Position numbers and translations under genes: made by a program. 64,000 nucleotides of DNA from the NCBI GenBank assembly GCA_963666285.1, contig OY762711.1; one strand, given 5' to 3'. Positions 38,537 through 46,995 of the stretch are shown here, one piece after another. How positions within the stretch are numbered: position 1 is the first letter of the stretch; each line of letters opens with the position of its first letter. The notes beneath the pieces were generated by a model. That model had not been told where the DNA came from, searched no databases, and saw only the letters and a list, made by a program, of their open reading frames with translations. The DNA comes from Sedimentisphaerales bacterium. GTDB taxonomy: Bacteria > Planctomycetota > Phycisphaerae > Sedimentisphaerales > SM23-30.

Positions 38537-39217
38537 TTACATCTTGTATTTTCTTTTAAGAAAAATACTTCCAAGACCAAATAACGATAAAGTAGCAGGT
38601 TCCGGTAAAAGATTTATCTCTGTTTCCCCTCCAGAATAAGTCATTTCAAAAGGATTTCCATCTAACAAATAACCGCTTATGATAAAATTGTCATATTCAT
38701 TCTCACAAATTAAATCGTAACCATAAATATTAATAACTGCTCCAAAACCCGTTACAATGCCAAAATCGATATTTCCTCCTTTAATATTAATTGCATCAGA
38801 ATAAAATTTTGTATAGTCAACACTAATATTTCCTCCGGTTATTGTAGTTGTTCCTTTATTGATATAAAAACCCCAAGCATCAACAATACCTCCTGATATT
38901 AGCAGTGTTCCTTCAGAATTTATTTCCTTACTAATAGTACCATTAGATATACAAACTGTTGCATTATTTCCATTATATACAGTACCTATAGTACCTCCAG
39001 ACATATTAAGAGTCGAAGAATCTTCAAGTCTTATACTATCTGTAATTGTTCCTCCGACCATATCAATTAGAGAACCATCATTATAAACATTAACATTCTC
39101 GTAGTTATCTCCTTCAGAGATAATCGTTGATTGTGTGAAATCAATTGAAGCTGCATTTAACTGATATGCTAATAAAAATATCATATAACATACTGACCTC
39201 ATAGATAATCCTTTCAT
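38537..39217 (-). CDS. PEP-CTERM sorting-domain protein
   Basis: Signal peptide; GG-rich beta-helical repeats; LPEPATLSLFGLGSIFLKRK. Confidence 0.9.
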   Translation of the reverse strand: MKGLSMRSVCYMIFLLAYQLNAASIDFTQSTIISEGDNYENVNVYNDGSLIDMVGGTITDSIRLEDSSTLNMSGGTIGTVYNGNNATVCISNGTISKEINSEGTLLISGGIVDAWGFYINKGTTTITGGNISVDYTKFYSDAINIKGGNIDFGIVTGFGAVINIYGYDLICENEYDNFIISGYLLDGNPFEMTYSGGETEINLLPEPATLSLFGLGSIFLKRKYKM

Positions 39218-39241
39218 ACTAGATATACAGCAGTTTTAATA

Positions 39242-39871
39242 TTAAGACATTTTCCTTTTACCATAAATCACACATCCTAAACCAAGCAGCAGCATTGAAG
39301 CTGGTTCTGGTATAACCTGAACGTGTGTCCAAGTATCTGGAATTAATGTCACATCAGCGTTTAAAAATTCTATAGTAAACTCGTCACCATTGTGCCAGTA
39401 TCCAGTTATGCCTGTGTAATTTTCTTCTTCACCAATCCAAGACCAATTGTTTATTTGGCAATCAATGGTAATTGTTATACCGGCAGAAGCATATTGAGCG
39501 GTTCTAATATAATTAATCTGCCCACCATCAAGTAAAACAGTTGCATCTTTTTTAACATAGATAGAATTAACTACTCCACCGGAAACTGTAACGGAACTAT
39601 AATCACTAGGCATAATTACAGTAATACCGCTTTCATAATCAACAAACGGCTCTGAAGTTGATAAAACCGTAAGTGAAGATTTGTCATAAAGATAAATATC
39701 TTCAGCTCCACCGCCATTAACTGTTAAAACACTATCCTCTTTAACTTTAACCAGTCCTCCATATTCACCATTAGATAACAAACCATCAGTAGCTATATTA
39801 TTAGAGTCTGTAATAGCAGAAAAGCATTGCGAACCACAGGCCAGCAGTAATAACATCATAAATATTTTCAT
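39242..39871 (-). CDS. PEP-CTERM sorting-domain protein
   Basis: Signal peptide; IPEPASMLLLGLGCVIYGKRK. Confidence 0.9.
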   Translation of the reverse strand: MKIFMMLLLLACGSQCFSAITDSNNIATDGLLSNGEYGGLVKVKEDSVLTVNGGGAEDIYLYDKSSLTVLSTSEPFVDYESGITVIMPSDYSSVTVSGGVVNSIYVKKDATVLLDGGQINYIRTAQYASAGITITIDCQINNWSWIGEEENYTGITGYWHNGDEFTIEFLNADVTLIPDTWTHVQVIPEPASMLLLGLGCVIYGKRKMS

Positions 39872-39905
39872 ATTTCTCTCCTGTAAATTATATGGAATAA
39901 TAAAC

Positions 39906-39941
39906 CTACCTGCCGTTATTATATCAAATAACGGCAGGTAG
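39906..39941 (-). terminator. Strong hairpin/terminator after the RCC1 gene
   Basis: CTACCTGCCGTTATT / AATAACGGCAGGTAG, 15-bp stem. Confidence 0.7.
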
Positions 39942-39962
39942 TTTCAATACTTAATGCAAAAT

Positions 39963-42900
39963 TTATTGCAGAGATTCCTTGATTTTAGCCAGTTCATCAT
40001 CAAAAAAGGCCAGCACATCCAGCAAATCTTCCTCATTTTCACTATATTCAGGGGTGTCCTTACTGATTTCCAGCATTTCCTCGACACAAGACTGTAAATA
40101 TCGAATATCCCTGACAGTTTGGATAATCTCGGCAGTTGACATACTGTCATACATGCTGGAATCATCCTCCGTCGTATCTTCTGTAAGCAAAAGTGTTGAA
40201 GCGGTTCTTGCCAGACTGTTAACCCCTACAGTATCGGTTGACAAAGTAGAAACTGAACTGCTTGACAACAAAGTAGCTGACTCAGTTGAAGCCGCTGTCG
40301 TTTCTGTTGCATTTGCAGCTTCATACCAGCAGGCAGTCCACAGCCAGTTACTACAGAACAATTCCAGATCAGCCATATCAATAATATACTGACTATCTCC
40401 GGTATCATCAATGTTACCGGCTCCATTCCAGCATTCAGTTGAGTTTGGATCAGCCCAGTTCGGGTCACTGTCCCATCTTGGATTATTCGGATCGAGACTT
40501 AACCAACCAGCGGCTATCGGCTGAAATTCTATCATATTGATTACACCATCAACATTTGTGTCCAAAGGATTGGAAATATCTTCCTCGGTGTATTCACCAC
40601 TGCATGAGTAAACCTCGTCAGCTCCCATATCAACATAAGCACCTTCTACCCGACTTTCATTATCGTAGTCGGTCTGGTCAGTATCATATATTAAATTTGG
40701 ATTTCCTTTATTAATACAAATCGAATCGAACGCAATATGATAGTTGCAGGGATCAGGTTCACCGGTTGGGTCAACCTCATAGGCAAACATTGGAATATCA
40801 TTGATATTGTTCCTGTTATTGTTCGCATCACAACCTTGAATGCAACAATAAGAAGCAACAGAGTCAACATTCATGCCACTTATTTGGTTTTCGTAAACTC
40901 CATTATTTTTATGATTGAAGTATATAATGCAGCTATCTAAATCTGGATAATCCATAGTAAAGTTATTCGGATCGTTAGGATCAGGTACAACAGCCAAGTC
41001 TGTAAACTGTATTCCAAAAGATTTGTTGTTTGCGACAGTGCAATTTTGCATAATTGGTGTGGATGCCGGGTTTTTAATATAAACACCAGCACGACCTTCA
41101 TTAGACATATCACTTTCACTAACAATTGAACTTACAATTGTCGGTGTGGTATATAGACAATATATACCATGATAATTATTTCTCATAACCCAGGAATTAT
41201 AGACATACAGATTGTTTCCAATACTTTCGTGGTGAATACCATCGGTATCATTATTTCTTATCGTACATGATTTAATAGTAACATCACCATATTCGGAATA
41301 AACACCATAGCCAATACTATTTTCTATAATACAGTTTTTTAATGAAAAATAATTTCCATACACATCATAATCATAACCATCAGTTACGGTAACTCCTTCT
41401 AGTACCGCTTCATACCCCATGTTTACAACAGAATAGGCAATTCCATTTTCGACCAAACCACTTAAAACAGACTTATATTTCTTCGGATTTCTATCATCAA
41501 AACCACATCCTTTGACAGGGAAACCGCCGTAAACCGCTGTTCCATCTGGCAGATCAAAACTATCGGAAACACCTGTGCCAGGAAGATAAGTTCCCTGTGC
41601 TACATAAATTGTATATTGACCGGCACAGGTTGATTCCATTGCCCGTTCCAGTGCCATTTTAAGACCATATTCGGTATTATATGCGTCAGACCAGGAATTT
41701 CCAGTACAAGCTCCAACTGCATTCTCAGAAACATACAGAACCGCTGAATTATCCCAGCAGCATACCGGCATTGAGTCAGTTGTATCTTCCAATAATACAT
41801 CTTCACATACTGTTGTTGCAGCATCTGGATTATTTGGGTCATTTGGGTCTGGTATAACTGTACAAACTGTCTGGAACAGTTCTGCATTATTAATCAGTTG
41901 CATTCCAGAAACAGAATTTTCATTAACTGTAAAAGTAAAGGTTTTACAGCTTTGCTCACCAGGTGCTATAGTTCCAGACTCATCAGAACCAATGTAATAC
42001 GAAATAGTATGACTTTCCTCATCATATCCAGGATCAATCTGATATGGGTTCAAATCTTCATCAATTAGCCACTGACCATCAGGATAAGTAAAACCATTAT
42101 CCAAATGTAAAACAACATAAACATTCTCATAAGTGTCTGGCATGTCATTTGTAACACAGACGGTTACTGTAGCTTCATCATCAGGACTCAGACATGCATC
42201 GGTCGGTGTATGAGTAATATCTATTAACAATGTTCCGGTCTCACATTCAGCCAATGCAGGTTCACTCCTACTGGTTGTATCGCCAACACCAAGCTGACCA
42301 GCAGAATTGACGCTACCAAAGCCCCATACACCTCCATAAGCATCAACAGTAAGTGCAAATTCATAATAACCGGCATCAGCCGCTATGATATTTTCAAGAT
42401 AGCCTGATTCAGTATTCATTTCACCATCAGTAATTTTGTATGGAGTTGCGCCGTTTGTCCATTTCCAGAGATATCCATCAGAATCCAGAGCAAGATAATA
42501 AGTATGCCCTGACGAGACATCGACAATGTTTTCCAGGCCGGAAACCAGAGAAGGAGTACCACCTCCCCAACACCAGACATGACCTGATGTATCAACTGCC
42601 AGCGAATAATCACAGGTTGCTATAGCAGTTATATTTTCCAAATAACCGCTGCCGTTTGAATTTGGAACCAGTTTTGCTTTATTTGAGCTGTTGTTACTGC
42701 CAAATTCCCATACTCTTCCATCAGATGCCAGAACCAGTGAATGATGCACACCGGCATTAACTGCTATAATGCCACTCAAATTCGTATCTGATTCAGTGAT
42801 TACTCTAACTGGAACTTGTGGATTTGTGTTAGTGCCATTACCACATTGACCGTAACCATTAAACCCCCAAGCATAAACATAACCATTCTCATCAAGTGCC

Positions 42901-43355
42901 AGAGAATGTTCACCGCTGCGACCGGCTGAAACAAAAACTATATTCTGAAGATGGCCGCTGCCATAAAGACCAAGCACTTTTTGCGGATATTCAGAGTTAC
43001 CATTAGAACCGTTTCCAAGCTGACCGCAAGAATCTGTTCCCCAGGCCCACACATTTCCAGAACTGTCACAAGCAAGTGAATGTTTCCATCCTGCATCAAA
43101 ACCAACAATATCAGACAGGTAATCTTCTCCGTTTTCGCCTTTAACCTGTATTGGGGTTGGACTGCTGCTTGTTGAACTACCAACACCAAGAGCCTGTAAT
43201 CCATTACTACCACATGCCCACAAAGAACCATTATTTGTTAAAATAAGGGAATGATCTTCTCCACAGGAAACATCTACCGCATGACGACATTCACCAAAAG
43301 AATAACCAGTCATAATAAACAACATTAACAAACACCATCGAAACAACTTTTTCAT
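39963..43355 (-). CDS. Secreted RCC1-repeat propeller with Ig-like, right-handed beta-helix and dockerin-like domains
   Basis: Signal peptide; repeated HSL...G.VWAWG...GQLG; GNSWSDAY, IYVAQGTY; DPNDPN motifs; DTNVDGVIN. Confidence 0.85.
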   Translation of the reverse strand: MKKLFRWCLLMLFIMTGYSFGECRHAVDVSCGEDHSLILTNNGSLWACGSNGLQALGVGSSTSSSPTPIQVKGENGEDYLSDIVGFDAGWKHSLACDSSGNVWAWGTDSCGQLGNGSNGNSEYPQKVLGLYGSGHLQNIVFVSAGRSGEHSLALDENGYVYAWGFNGYGQCGNGTNTNPQVPVRVITESDTNLSGIIAVNAGVHHSLVLASDGRVWEFGSNNSSNKAKLVPNSNGSGYLENITAIATCDYSLAVDTSGHVWCWGGGTPSLVSGLENIVDVSSGHTYYLALDSDGYLWKWTNGATPYKITDGEMNTESGYLENIIAADAGYYEFALTVDAYGGVWGFGSVNSAGQLGVGDTTSRSEPALAECETGTLLIDITHTPTDACLSPDDEATVTVCVTNDMPDTYENVYVVLHLDNGFTYPDGQWLIDEDLNPYQIDPGYDEESHTISYYIGSDESGTIAPGEQSCKTFTFTVNENSVSGMQLINNAELFQTVCTVIPDPNDPNNPDAATTVCEDVLLEDTTDSMPVCCWDNSAVLYVSENAVGACTGNSWSDAYNTEYGLKMALERAMESTCAGQYTIYVAQGTYLPGTGVSDSFDLPDGTAVYGGFPVKGCGFDDRNPKKYKSVLSGLVENGIAYSVVNMGYEAVLEGVTVTDGYDYDVYGNYFSLKNCIIENSIGYGVYSEYGDVTIKSCTIRNNDTDGIHHESIGNNLYVYNSWVMRNNYHGIYCLYTTPTIVSSIVSESDMSNEGRAGVYIKNPASTPIMQNCTVANNKSFGIQFTDLAVVPDPNDPNNFTMDYPDLDSCIIYFNHKNNGVYENQISGMNVDSVASYCCIQGCDANNNRNNINDIPMFAYEVDPTGEPDPCNYHIAFDSICINKGNPNLIYDTDQTDYDNESRVEGAYVDMGADEVYSCSGEYTEEDISNPLDTNVDGVINMIEFQPIAAGWLSLDPNNPRWDSDPNWADPNSTECWNGAGNIDDTGDSQYIIDMADLELFCSNWLWTACWYEAANATETTAASTESATLLSSSSVSTLSTDTVGVNSLARTASTLLLTEDTTEDDSSMYDSMSTAEIIQTVRDIRYLQSCVEEMLEISKDTPEYSENEEDLLDVLAFFDDELAKIKESLQ

Positions 43356-43449
43356 AAATAGCTCCTCTCAAAAAGGATGTAGAATATACTATCGGAACCC
43401 ATTATCCCGACTTTTTCCCATTTTTATATCTTCCTATTCATGTGCCCAC

Positions 43450-43582
43450 AAAAAAAGGGCACTACCCACACATAACATTGAGGTATCCGGCAAGGAACCC
43501 GAAAAGAATGTGTAAAGCAGTACCCATAGACGGGTACTGTGCTTTTTTCACGTCTTTTCTTAAACTTGCCGGTTTCAATGTT
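43450..43582 (-). promoter_or_regulatory. Terminator/antiterminator leader E3 upstream of the RCC1 gene
   Basis: AACATTGA..CCGGCAAG / CTTGCCGG..TCAATGTT stem competes with the GGGTACTGC..ACACAT / ATGTGT..GTAGTGCCC + U7 terminator. Confidence 0.6.
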
Positions 43583-43718
43583 AGTGATAAAAGTTCAGCG
43601 ATTTTGTAATATTCAGTTGTCTTAAAAAACTGGTACAAGACGGAAATTCTGACTTATACCGATTGTATATTGCCTTTGGTCCTTTGTTAAATAACTTCAA
43701 AAATCCTTTTTTCAAATT

Positions 43719-43947
43719 TCAACTCACCTTCTGATTTACCTGATTTAGTATTATGGAAACTACTTGCGCACAGAATACGTGCTGGAAATCAGGCAATCCA
43801 ACCAGACTTAATAATATCAAAACCACATCTCCAATAGCAAGAAAAAAAAATAAAAACTCACGTTTTTGTATTTTCTCATTCAATCAAAGAAACATAACCA
43901 ACAGCATTGATAATAATAAAGACTGCCCACAATAATTTAATTTCCGT
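43719..43947 (-). pseudogene. Possible decayed paralog of the 97-aa membrane protein
   Basis: RBS GAGGTG followed by ACG; frameshifted; IQKREFLFFFLAIGDVVL resembles IQKIAALIFFVGDFVL. Confidence 0.35.
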
Positions 43948-44030
43948 TTTCGCCACCTCATTTACACAGAACGAAAAACAAAACAATTATATTTGTGGCA
44001 TACCGACCAGAGTTAATTGTTTGATTATAA

Positions 44031-44208
44031 ACAAAAAACAGAGACTACCGAAGGCGCTACGCCACTATGTCCGATTGAGGCCAGCAATAGCCTTGAAGAA
44101 ACATAAAGCATAGCACCCCCAGTCACCTCTGTTATTATTTAAAAAAGGTTTCTGAGAGTGCGTTTTGCTGATGCCTCTTCAGTAATGAAATTGCTGTTCC
44201 AATCGGAA
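44031..44208 (-). promoter_or_regulatory. Terminator/antiterminator leader E4
   Basis: TCCGATTG..CAGCAAT / ATTGCTG..CAATCGGA stem competes with a long ACAGAG...CTCTGT + U-tract terminator. Confidence 0.55.
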
Positions 44209-44288
44209 GCATCCAAAACGATTCTACAAAATTTAAGTATTGATTATATCATTGCCTAATTCTATATTGCAACACTTTTCCTTAAAAA

Positions 44289-44597
44289 TTATTCATCGAA
44301 ACCCAATTCACTATCTGAACGATAGTAATTTGTTGCCTTTCTTGAATATATACTGCGAATCTCAGGCCAGCGTCTTATCGTAGAATAATCAACGTTAATA
44401 ACATTAGCCAACTCTTTCATCGATATTTCATTTGAAATAGCAAGGGTGACGGCTAACTGCTTTTTTGTAACGCCGACGATTTTACACAGGTCTTCGACAT
44501 AATCATCTTTGACACCAAGAACCTCGTAAAGTTCAAATAAACATTTTCTATGCCTTAGTATCATCTCTGTTACGCTTTTTTTGGAAATACTTAACAT
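44289..44597 (-). CDS. Small protein with a C-terminal HTH
   Basis: ISMKELANVINVDYSTIRRW; RBS GAGGTG. Confidence 0.6.
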   Translation of the reverse strand: MLSISKKSVTEMILRHRKCLFELYEVLGVKDDYVEDLCKIVGVTKKQLAVTLAISNEISMKELANVINVDYSTIRRWPEIRSIYSRKATNYYRSDSELGFDE

Positions 44598-44773
44598 CTA
44601 TCACCTCTTTCTAAAAGCAAGGCTATTTGAAGAGGCGTAATTTTTCTTGTCATTCCAAAGCCTACACTATATATTGTAGGCTTTGACGGTTTCTGTATTC
44701 CTCTTAACATAAATTTAACAAAAAGTATAGGTGTTACCATACTTAATATGGTATAATTAGATTGTGTTGGCAT
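44591..44773 (-). CDS. Small hypothetical protein
   Basis: Strong RBS GAAGGAG; overlaps the next gene. Confidence 0.4.
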   Translation of the reverse strand: MPTQSNYTILSMVTPILFVKFMLRGIQKPSKPTIYSVGFGMTRKITPLQIALLLERGDRC

Positions 44774-45159
44774 TTTACTCCTTCTATTTTCGGATGTGGG
44801 TGTAATTTGTCATAACATAGGCTCGCAAAGTGTCCGCTTTGCGGGCCGCTTTTATAAATGGGTGGGGATTTGGCGTGACTAACTCATAATTGGCCTCCTT
44901 TCCTTTTAGCGTTATTTATCATCCTTGTCTCTCTCAATTACTTACCTTATAAGGCTTTGATAGTAAAAATATTCTTACTATACACATGAAACTATAACAT
45001 ACCTTAACTATCTTAACAAATACAGATATGTTAATTTTATGTTAATGATAATTTTAAATAGTGCTTTATATATTACCGACTTTTGGGGAAGGACACTCAA
45101 ATGACCTGGTACTAGTCAACACCCAAAATATATCACATGATGAACAGCAAAGCAAATAA

Positions 45160-45285
45160 TTTGTTCGGTTTTTGTTCGGCTACAAAAACAAGATAAATGT
45201 AAATCAAAAACAAGAAATTATATATGCTCAACCAATAAGAACACACAAATTTACAAACCTTTATTTATGCCGAAAATATGCCGAA
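45160..45285. repeat. Candidate integrase arm-type sites near the right att
   Basis: TTTGTTCGG x2 (45160, 45171) and TATGCCGAA x2 (45266, 45277), both with an 11-bp period and in opposite orientation. Confidence 0.5.
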
Positions 45286-45344
45286 ACAAATAGTAAAAAA
45301 ATACAAAAAATACCAGAAAACGAGTTAAGAAATTTAGAGATAGC

Positions 45345-45387
45345 AAAAAAATAAGTCGTTATAATACTTTTAATTATAACGACTTAC
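45345..45387 (-). terminator. Phage-supplied terminator for the reconstituted tRNA
   Basis: TAAGTCGTTATAAT / ATTATAACGACTTA hairpin with a U-tract on the minus strand. Confidence 0.75.
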
Positions 45388-45390
45388 AAC

Positions 45391-45449
45391 TTAATACGGG
45401 CGAAAGGAGTCGAACCTTCACACCTCTCGGTACCAGAACCTAAATCTGG
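45391..45449 (-). repeat. Right att site (within the intact tRNA)
   Basis: Direct repeat of 4898-4956. Confidence 0.95.
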
Positions 45450-45476
45450 CGCGTCTGCCAATTCCGCCACGCCCGC
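45395..45476 (-). tRNA. tRNA-Leu(TAG), CCA not encoded
   Basis: GCGGGCG/CGCCCGT acceptor stem, CCAGA-TTTAGGT-TCTGG anticodon arm, long variable arm, GGTTCGACTCC T-arm. Confidence 0.97.
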
Positions 45477-45523
45477 ATAAATCAATTGTCCTCGAAATAT
45501 GTCAAATAATTTCGAGATCAGTC

Positions 45524-45551
45524 ATTATATATTTTGTAATAAGAATGTCAA
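45524..45551 (-). promoter_or_regulatory. sigma70 promoter of tRNA-Leu
   Basis: TTGACA-16 bp-TATAAT. Confidence 0.75.
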
Positions 45552-45719
45552 GTAAATATCAATAGCAACTGTTTTTTTAAGTGAAACTTTCTGTTCAAGG
45601 CACATAAGTACTTTATTTTTAGAGTCTAATGATATTTTTATACTTTATGCTTTGCCCCAGAAGAATATATCGGGTATATTATCGATTATATTAGTTAATA
45701 TTATATGGAGCTTTAACTT

Positions 45720-46253
45720 ATGAATCTATTTGAACTTATAGAAAAAAGACATAGCTACCGCGGGCCTTTTGCTGATCAGGCTGTGCCTAAGGAAGATCTA
45801 AAAAAGATAGTTCAGGCAGGGCTTTTGGCACCATCAGGTAAAAATGGCCAGACTACCAGGTTTGTTATCATTGATGATCCGGTTATTATCGATAAAATTC
45901 GGGCGATGCATCCGACGAATAAGGCTATGCAGACAGCTAATGCCTATATAGCGTGTATAATCGATAAGCACCCAGAGCCAATTTATGAGGGTATGGCGTT
46001 TCAGATTGAGGATTGTGCCGCAGCTGTGGAAAACATGCTTTTAGCGATAACATCGCTTGGTTATGCGTCGGTATGGATTGATGGCTGGCTTCGGGTAGAA
46101 AATCGTGCCGCGATAATTGGCAATCTGCTGGAAGTTCCGGACAGTAAGATAATTAGAATTTTGCTACCGGTCGGCATGCCGGAAAAAGAGCATCATCAGC
46201 CGGAAAAGATGCCTTTTGAAGATCGTGCTTCATTTAATAAATTCGTGAAATAG
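45720..46253 (+). CDS. Nitroreductase family protein
   Basis: KRHSYR, APSGKNGQ, ENMLLAITSLGYASVW. Confidence 0.9.
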   Translation: MNLFELIEKRHSYRGPFADQAVPKEDLKKIVQAGLLAPSGKNGQTTRFVIIDDPVIIDKIRAMHPTNKAMQTANAYIACIIDKHPEPIYEGMAFQIEDCAAAVENMLLAITSLGYASVWIDGWLRVENRAAIIGNLLEVPDSKIIRILLPVGMPEKEHHQPEKMPFEDRASFNKFVK

Positions 46254-46278
46254 AAATACTAATCCACCAAGGTGTATA

Positions 46279-46995
46279 ATGAGATTAACAAATTACGGAA
46301 AGCCTCAGACAACGGTAATAATTTCAATTGCAGTAATATTAGCTGCCTTAGCAGCCATTTTTTGTCCGAGGGGGGTAATGTCAGTAGGTACGATTCTGCT
46401 TGTTGCTATAGTGTTCCTGGCATTTTTCCGTGATCCAGAACGTAATGTTCCAACAGATAAGAATTTACTGCTATCGCCTGCAGACGGCAAGATAACAGAT
46501 ATTGTTGAGATTGAAGAGCATGAGTATTTTGACGGTCCTGTAACTCGCATAGGAATATTTTTGAGTGTATTGAATGTTCACATCAACCGGGCTCCATGTG
46601 CCGGTAGAGTTACCTGGAAATTTGAAAAGCCTGGATTATGTCTGAATGCGTTGAAGAGTGAACTGGCCAGTCAGAAAAACCAGTCCTGCTCGATCGGCAT
46701 GGAATGTCCGGATCATCCGGCGTCAAAGGTTGTAGTCAAGCAGATAACCGGAGCAATCGCCCGTCGTATCGTTTGTGATTGTGGTCAGGGCAGTGAACTG
46801 CTTGCCGGAGAGCGTTATGGAATGATTAAGTTTGGCAGTCGTACGGAATTGTTTTTTCCCAGGAATGATGCAGCTGAAATCCTGGTTCGCAAAGGTGATC
46901 CTGTAAAAGCAGGCGAGACCGTGATGGTGAAATATAGTCATGATATGGCTGAAGTAAGTGCTAAACTGAAAACAGAACCGGAAAATATGGATTAA
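46279..46995 (+). CDS. psd: Phosphatidylserine decarboxylase proenzyme
   Basis: FFRDPER, SPADG, NVHINRAP, GMIKFGSRTE. Confidence 0.92.
   Translation: MRLTNYGKPQTTVIISIAVILAALAAIFCPRGVMSVGTILLVAIVFLAFFRDPERNVPTDKNLLLSPADGKITDIVEIEEHEYFDGPVTRIGIFLSVLNVHINRAPCAGRVTWKFEKPGLCLNALKSELASQKNQSCSIGMECPDHPASKVVVKQITGAIARRIVCDCGQGSELLAGERYGMIKFGSRTELFFPRNDAAEILVRKGDPVKAGETVMVKYSHDMAEVSAKLKTEPENMD

Larger units (their letters stand above)
4898..45449. mobile_element. Integrated siphovirus-like prophage (~40.5 kb) in tRNA-Leu(TAG)
   Basis: 59-bp terminal direct repeat equal to the tRNA 3' half; integrase at the left end; packaging, head, tail and replication modules. Confidence 0.95.

Noticed and set aside
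43753..44113. Two short plus-strand ORFs
   Set aside because: Antisense to the leader and pseudogene region; no RBS or recognisable motif.
44880..44905. Strong RBS (AAGGAGG) followed by ATG-AGT-TAG, as a hint of stop-codon recoding
   Set aside because: Read-through ends within about 10 codons, and the other phage genes translate intact with the standard code.
45172..45354. 60-aa plus-strand ORF
   Set aside because: Low-complexity AT-rich att arm region with no RBS.
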